Assembly (NCBI GenBank): GCA_965214605.1
Contig: OZ243961.1
Span: 4,192,001-4,256,000, forward strand
DNA length: 64,000 nucleotides
Source: an uncultured Candidatus Binatia bacterium
GTDB taxonomy: Bacteria; Desulfobacterota; Binatia; Bin18
Direction of reading: 5' to 3'
Shown: positions 60,126 to 64,000 of the stretch, in pieces
Layout: each line of letters opens with the position of its first letter
Numbering within the stretch: position 1 is the stretch's first letter
Position numbers and translations under genes: made by a program
Notes under the pieces: generated by a model
The model's database searches: none
Seen by the model: the letters and a program-made list of their open reading frames with translations, nothing else
What the model was told of the DNA's origin: nothing

Positions 60126-60256
60126 CAACTTTCTCGAAGGGTCTCTTGTAAGAGAAATGATTGGATTTTATATCATAAATAGGGGGAAAGGGAGAGGAGA
60201 AGGACGAAGATACCTGGAGATCCGGCACAAAAGAAGGCCGGAGGAAGGAGACCCAG

Positions 60257-60553
60257 ATGGCCGATCAGCCACAGGACGGCTCACGGCCGCGGCCGGGCGG
60301 CGGGGACCAGGCGCGGCCCCGCAAGCGGCGGCGCGCCCGCACGACCCCCCTGTATCCCTGGCAAGTCACGCTCTCGCTTCCCGCTGCCGTGGGTGAGCGC
60401 GTCGAGCGCGCGAGTGAGACGGGCGGGGTCGCCGTGCCGGAAGTGGTCCGCCAGGCCGTAATCGCCGGGTTGCCACTGCTGCTAGACCGCTATCGACACC
60501 GCAAAACGAATATACGGGTTCCTTGTCCGGGACGTGCCTCTCCATCAGGATGA
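60257..60553 (+). CDS. Ribbon-helix-helix/CopG-like protein, cut at the insert's right junction (reads on into hamA sequence)
   Basis: AAGGAG RBS; 'QVTLSLPAAVGERVERASETGGVAVPEVVRQAV' fits a beta-alpha-alpha RHH pattern. There is no stop before 60509. Confidence 0.65.
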   Translation: MADQPQDGSRPRPGGGDQARPRKRRRARTTPLYPWQVTLSLPAAVGERVERASETGGVAVPEVVRQAVIAGLPLLLDRYRHRKTNIRVPCPGRASPSG

Positions 60554-60691
60554 CCTCAGGGTGCGGGTCAGCAACCTTGCCGCTGGGTGTCCCGAAGAGA
60601 CCCGTATCGAGCTACTTGCGCTCTCCCTGCCACACAGGAGCCTGGATGGTATTGGGGAGACGACAATATCGATTCGGGCAGGAGAAGGTGG

Positions 60692-63600
60692 ATGAGCCTG
60701 TCCGCAAGAGCATTGCAGGCGCTGAACGAACATTGGGCGGTCGCCGCCATCGGGGCGGACGCGCTGGAGCGCGCGCGGGATCTCGCTCACCAGCGGTTGG
60801 CACAACGGGCGGCGGGCAAGCAGATCAGCTTTTCCTTTGTGGAGAGCGCAGAGGATGAGCCGTTTCTTGAGCGTGTGGGACTGGCATTCGAGCTTGCAGC
60901 GATCGAGGGTCTAGAGGAACTGAGCCGACCGGCCGGAGACAACCAGCGCCTTCGCGATCAGGCGGTGGCGGCATCGTTCCGTGCCTTCGACCTCCGCCGC
61001 CTTCTTCCGGTGCCGGCGGAGACGCTTGCACGTCTATTCTTCGTCCTGCAACTGTCCGCGATCGCCTATTGCGGGGATCGCTGGTCGGATTTGCGGAGAT
61101 GGTATCGGGAGCAGGAAGAGGCAATCAGAGCGCCGAGTGTCGCGGATGCAGACTGGGACCGTAGGCTCCTGTACAGGCTGTTCGATTGCTGGGTCCGGCT
61201 CTTCCGCAAAGACGGGTGGGACGATTTGGATCGTATTCGCGAGATCATCGCCGGTTTGCGCAATGACCAAGTCGTTCACGAGGAACGCTGCCTAAAAAAT
61301 GGTTCTGAGGCGGTAGACCGGGCGATCGCCTTTCGGCTGGCGGCGCTTTACAACTGGGCGAAGGCGACAGAGACGCTCGCCGGATACATACTCCAGGGCG
61401 AACCGGGCGATCCGTTCGGCGCTCTGGACAAGCATTTCGAAGCGGGAGTCCGGGCGGCGACAGCGTCGGGGGACGCGCAGCACGAAGTGATGCTTCGGTG
61501 GCTGCATGCAGTGGCGCGCATCATGGTGACGAATTCGCTCTGGTGGGCGACGCGGGCAGTTAACTCGCGGACCTCGGACTTCGTGCGCTCTCTGACGCAC
61601 CGAGAACACCAAGCGATGTTCGAGCTATTGCCGCCGCAGCGCACTGCGCTGCTCGAACAGGGGCTGCTCGACCAAGCGAAGACTGCAATCGTGGTCGACA
61701 TGCCTACCTCTGGGGGGAAAACCCTGCTCGCGCAATTCCGGACACTCCAAGCGCTGAACCAGTTCCAGTCCGACCGGGGGTGGGTCGTCTATGTCACTCC
61801 GACCCGTGCGTTGTCGGCGCAGATCACGCGCCGCCTGCGCAAGGACTTCGAGCCTGTCGGACTACGCGTTGAGCAATTGACCGCTGCCGTCGAAGTGGAC
61901 GCGTTCGAGGAAGAACTGCTCACCGAAAGGGATGAGCCGTTCGACATCCTGGTCGCAACGCCCGAGAAGCTGTCGCTGGTGGTACGAAACAGGAAGGTGG
62001 ATCGTCCTCTCGCGCTGGTGGTGATGGACGAAGCGCAGAACTTGGAATCTGAGGGGCGAGGCCTGCGGATTGAGTTGTTGTTGGCGACGATCAAGCGTGA
62101 TTGCCCGCAGGCAAACTTTCTCCTGTTGATGCCCTACGTGGAGGAATCGGAATCGGTAGCGCGCTGGCTGGCGCAGGACATCGACGCGGGAAACGCGATT
62201 AGCCTGGGCACGGTGCCGTGGAAGCCCAACGAGCGGATTATTGGCCTCTATCGGGCGGTAGCCGATGACGGTGCACACGGAGGCTGGCACCTCGACTTCG
62301 AGACATTGACCGCGACTGAGAAGGCCATGCCGCTTCACGGGACCCACCGCGTGGGGGGCCTAAGGCCGATTGACGTACCGAAAAGCCAAGTGCTCACGAA
62401 AGGTGTGCAGAAGGGACTCGGGTTGCAGACGGCGGCAATCGGGGCGGTCATGTCGGCACGGGGCACGAGCGTTGCGGTGGCCAACAGCATTCCCACGGTC
62501 TGGAAGATGGCCGGGGAAGCGGCGCGGAGCCTTCCAGAGATGGACGAAGTGCCGTCGGACATCAGGTTGGTTCAGGACTTCCTGCGCACCGAGATCAGCG
62601 CCGACTTCAGGCTGGTCGGTATGCTTGAGAAGGGCGTCGGCGTGCACCATGCGGGGCTGTCCGACGAGGTCCGCGCACTGATGGAGTGGCTTGCGGAGGC
62701 AGGCAGCATTCGGATGCTGTGTGCGACGTCGACGATCGCGCAAGGCCTCAACTTCCCGGTGTCGTCGGTTTTCCTGTCCTCGCGCTATGTGCCACAGGGG
62801 ACGAGGTCGGTGGCGATGGCCCCGCGGGAATTCTGGAACCTCGCCGGGCGCGCGGGCCGCATCGGCCACGACAGCGTCGGTGTCGTCGGTCTGTCGGAAG
62901 GGACTGATCGCGATGCACTGATCAAGTTCGTGAGACGGAACACCGGTGCGCTCGTCTCCCGTCTCGTGGTGCTACTTGACGAGCTTGCGACCCAAGGGTC
63001 GTTGGCGCAGCTGTCGAAGGTGCTTCGGAAAGACCAGTGGGAGGACTTTCGCTGCTACATCGCGCACCTTTGGGCCGAGAAGAAGAACCTCGATGCGGTC
63101 CTCGCGGATTCGGAGCAGCTTCTCAGACAAACCTACGGATACACCTCGATGCGGAACGATCCAGAGCAACGGCAAAAGGCGGATGCGCTCCTAGATGCGA
63201 CGCGGAGGTATGTCCGCAAACTCGCCGATATGCCCGAGGGGATCGCGGAGCTTGCGGATTCTACCGGTTTTTCGCCCGAAGGCGTCCAGGCGGCGATGGG
63301 TGATATTAGGCGCCTGGAGAGCAAGCTAACCGTGTCGGACTGGGCGCCGGAGAGCCTGTTCGGCAGCGGCGGCAGAATGGCGGACCTGTTCGGCGTCATG
63401 CTGCGGGTGCCGCAGCTCAGCCAGGATCTGATGGAGCTGGGGGGTAAGGGGTTCGACCGGAGCCGGATCTCCGAGATCACTAACGATTGGGTGAACGGAA
63501 AGGGACTGGAAGCGATCGCGAGGGAATACTTCACCCGCGAGAAGGATGATGAAGCGGGCACGGGTGCACTGACGGATGCATGCAGGGCGATCTATCGCAC

Positions 63601-63970
63601 CATCGTCAATAGCGGAACATGGGGTGTTTCGGCTCTCAGCCGAGTGTCGGGGATTGACTTCGACACGCTTCCAGAAGCCGGTAGACGGCGGATTAATGCA
63701 CTGCCGGCCATGATCTATCACGGAGTGAGTAGCGAAGATGCGGTGCTTATGCGGATGAACTCGGCACCGCGAAGCGCGGCCGAGGCGCTGGGCAGCCTGT
63801 ACCGGCGGGTCACCGGAGAGGACGAACGCAGGTATTCGGTAGGACAGGCGCGGCGCTTCCTGCAGGGACTTGGCGCCGATGATTGGGACGGGGTGAGGCC
63901 CGAGGGGGCGGCGCTTTCAGGAACGGGATACAAACGGGTCTGGGAGGTCCTTTCGGGCGAGGGAAGTTGA
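60692..63970 (+). CDS. Ski2-like SF2 DEAD/DEAH helicase, Hachiman HamB-like
   Basis: 'PTSGGKT', 'PTRAL', 'TPEK', 'DEAQ', 'GVGVHHAGL', 'ATST.AQG.N.P', 'NLAGRAGR'. It has a long helical N-terminus and is translationally coupled to the hamA-like gene. Confidence 0.88.
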   Translation: MSLSARALQALNEHWAVAAIGADALERARDLAHQRLAQRAAGKQISFSFVESAEDEPFLERVGLAFELAAIEGLEELSRPAGDNQRLRDQAVAASFRAFDLRRLLPVPAETLARLFFVLQLSAIAYCGDRWSDLRRWYREQEEAIRAPSVADADWDRRLLYRLFDCWVRLFRKDGWDDLDRIREIIAGLRNDQVVHEERCLKNGSEAVDRAIAFRLAALYNWAKATETLAGYILQGEPGDPFGALDKHFEAGVRAATASGDAQHEVMLRWLHAVARIMVTNSLWWATRAVNSRTSDFVRSLTHREHQAMFELLPPQRTALLEQGLLDQAKTAIVVDMPTSGGKTLLAQFRTLQALNQFQSDRGWVVYVTPTRALSAQITRRLRKDFEPVGLRVEQLTAAVEVDAFEEELLTERDEPFDILVATPEKLSLVVRNRKVDRPLALVVMDEAQNLESEGRGLRIELLLATIKRDCPQANFLLLMPYVEESESVARWLAQDIDAGNAISLGTVPWKPNERIIGLYRAVADDGAHGGWHLDFETLTATEKAMPLHGTHRVGGLRPIDVPKSQVLTKGVQKGLGLQTAAIGAVMSARGTSVAVANSIPTVWKMAGEAARSLPEMDEVPSDIRLVQDFLRTEISADFRLVGMLEKGVGVHHAGLSDEVRALMEWLAEAGSIRMLCATSTIAQGLNFPVSSVFLSSRYVPQGTRSVAMAPREFWNLAGRAGRIGHDSVGVVGLSEGTDRDALIKFVRRNTGALVSRLVVLLDELATQGSLAQLSKVLRKDQWEDFRCYIAHLWAEKKNLDAVLADSEQLLRQTYGYTSMRNDPEQRQKADALLDATRRYVRKLADMPEGIAELADSTGFSPEGVQAAMGDIRRLESKLTVSDWAPESLFGSGGRMADLFGVMLRVPQLSQDLMELGGKGFDRSRISEITNDWVNGKGLEAIAREYFTREKDDEAGTGALTDACRAIYRTIVNSGTWGVSALSRVSGIDFDTLPEAGRRRINALPAMIYHGVSSEDAVLMRMNSAPRSAAEALGSLYRRVTGEDERRYSVGQARRFLQGLGADDWDGVRPEGAALSGTGYKRVWEVLSGEGS

Positions 63971-64000
63971 GAAAGGCCGAGTAGCCAACCGGGCGGTCAC

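Larger units (their letters stand above)
59374..60509. mobile_element. ~1.14-kb transposase-less insertion (three small genes around a divergent AT-rich spacer)
   Basis: Boundaries are defined by restoring the hamA frame (DIQ|IYG). No TIR, TSD, integrase or transposase was seen. Confidence 0.75.
58762..60695 (+). pseudogene. Hachiman HamA-like PD-(D/E)xK nuclease gene split by an insertion (segments 58762-59373 and 60510-60695; ~265 aa when joined)
   Basis: N-part has 'GEAIAE.YL', 'GADLVGF', 'FGEVKTS'. C-part 'IYGFLVRDV...IELLAL.LP...' resumes at 60510 and ends in an ATGA overlap with the helicase start. Confidence 0.75.

Noticed and set aside
58762-60396. 544-aa ORF as a single real protein
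   Set aside because: Only the first 204 codons are nuclease-like. The rest is read-through antisense to the two insert genes, and the true C-terminus lies at 60510-60695.

Overview
A GC-rich bacterial chromosomal window. The host is a diderm (it encodes a FadL-type outer-membrane protein). The many LLM/F420 oxidoreductases, amidohydrolases, EthD, PhyH and CoA-transferase genes resemble Binatia/Tectomicrobia-like deltaproteobacterial lineages, but that taxonomy is inference only. From left to right it holds: an inactive-transglutaminase/7TM plus ATP-grasp peptide-ligase pair; nadA-nrtR with a clear NrtR operator; a probable UGA-recoded selenoprotein that the ORF track splits; an orphan 2-aminophenol 1,6-dioxygenase (amnBA); glyoxalases; a topo IV-like A/B pair; hemE-hemH-hemY; and about 35 kb of xenobiotic/aromatic catabolic genes. 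That catabolic stretch includes a three-GST/EthD/cyclase/MesD-like operon, a FadL with a novel Cys-repeat tail next to an AHL lactonase, F420-dependent enzymes and a BVMO, interspersed with decayed gene relics. The right end is a defence island. There a Hachiman-like nuclease gene (hamA) is split by a ~1.14-kb transposase-less insert whose ends suggest an integrated small circle (an RHH regulator plus two TM/coiled-coil peptides), and a Ski2-like helicase (hamB) follows. Just upstream is a vapC relic carrying a 36-30-36 bp repeat-spacer-repeat that resembles an off-target CRISPR spacer integration. No rRNA, tRNA, cas gene or transposase was recognised. All assignments come from motif recognition by eye; no database searches were run.
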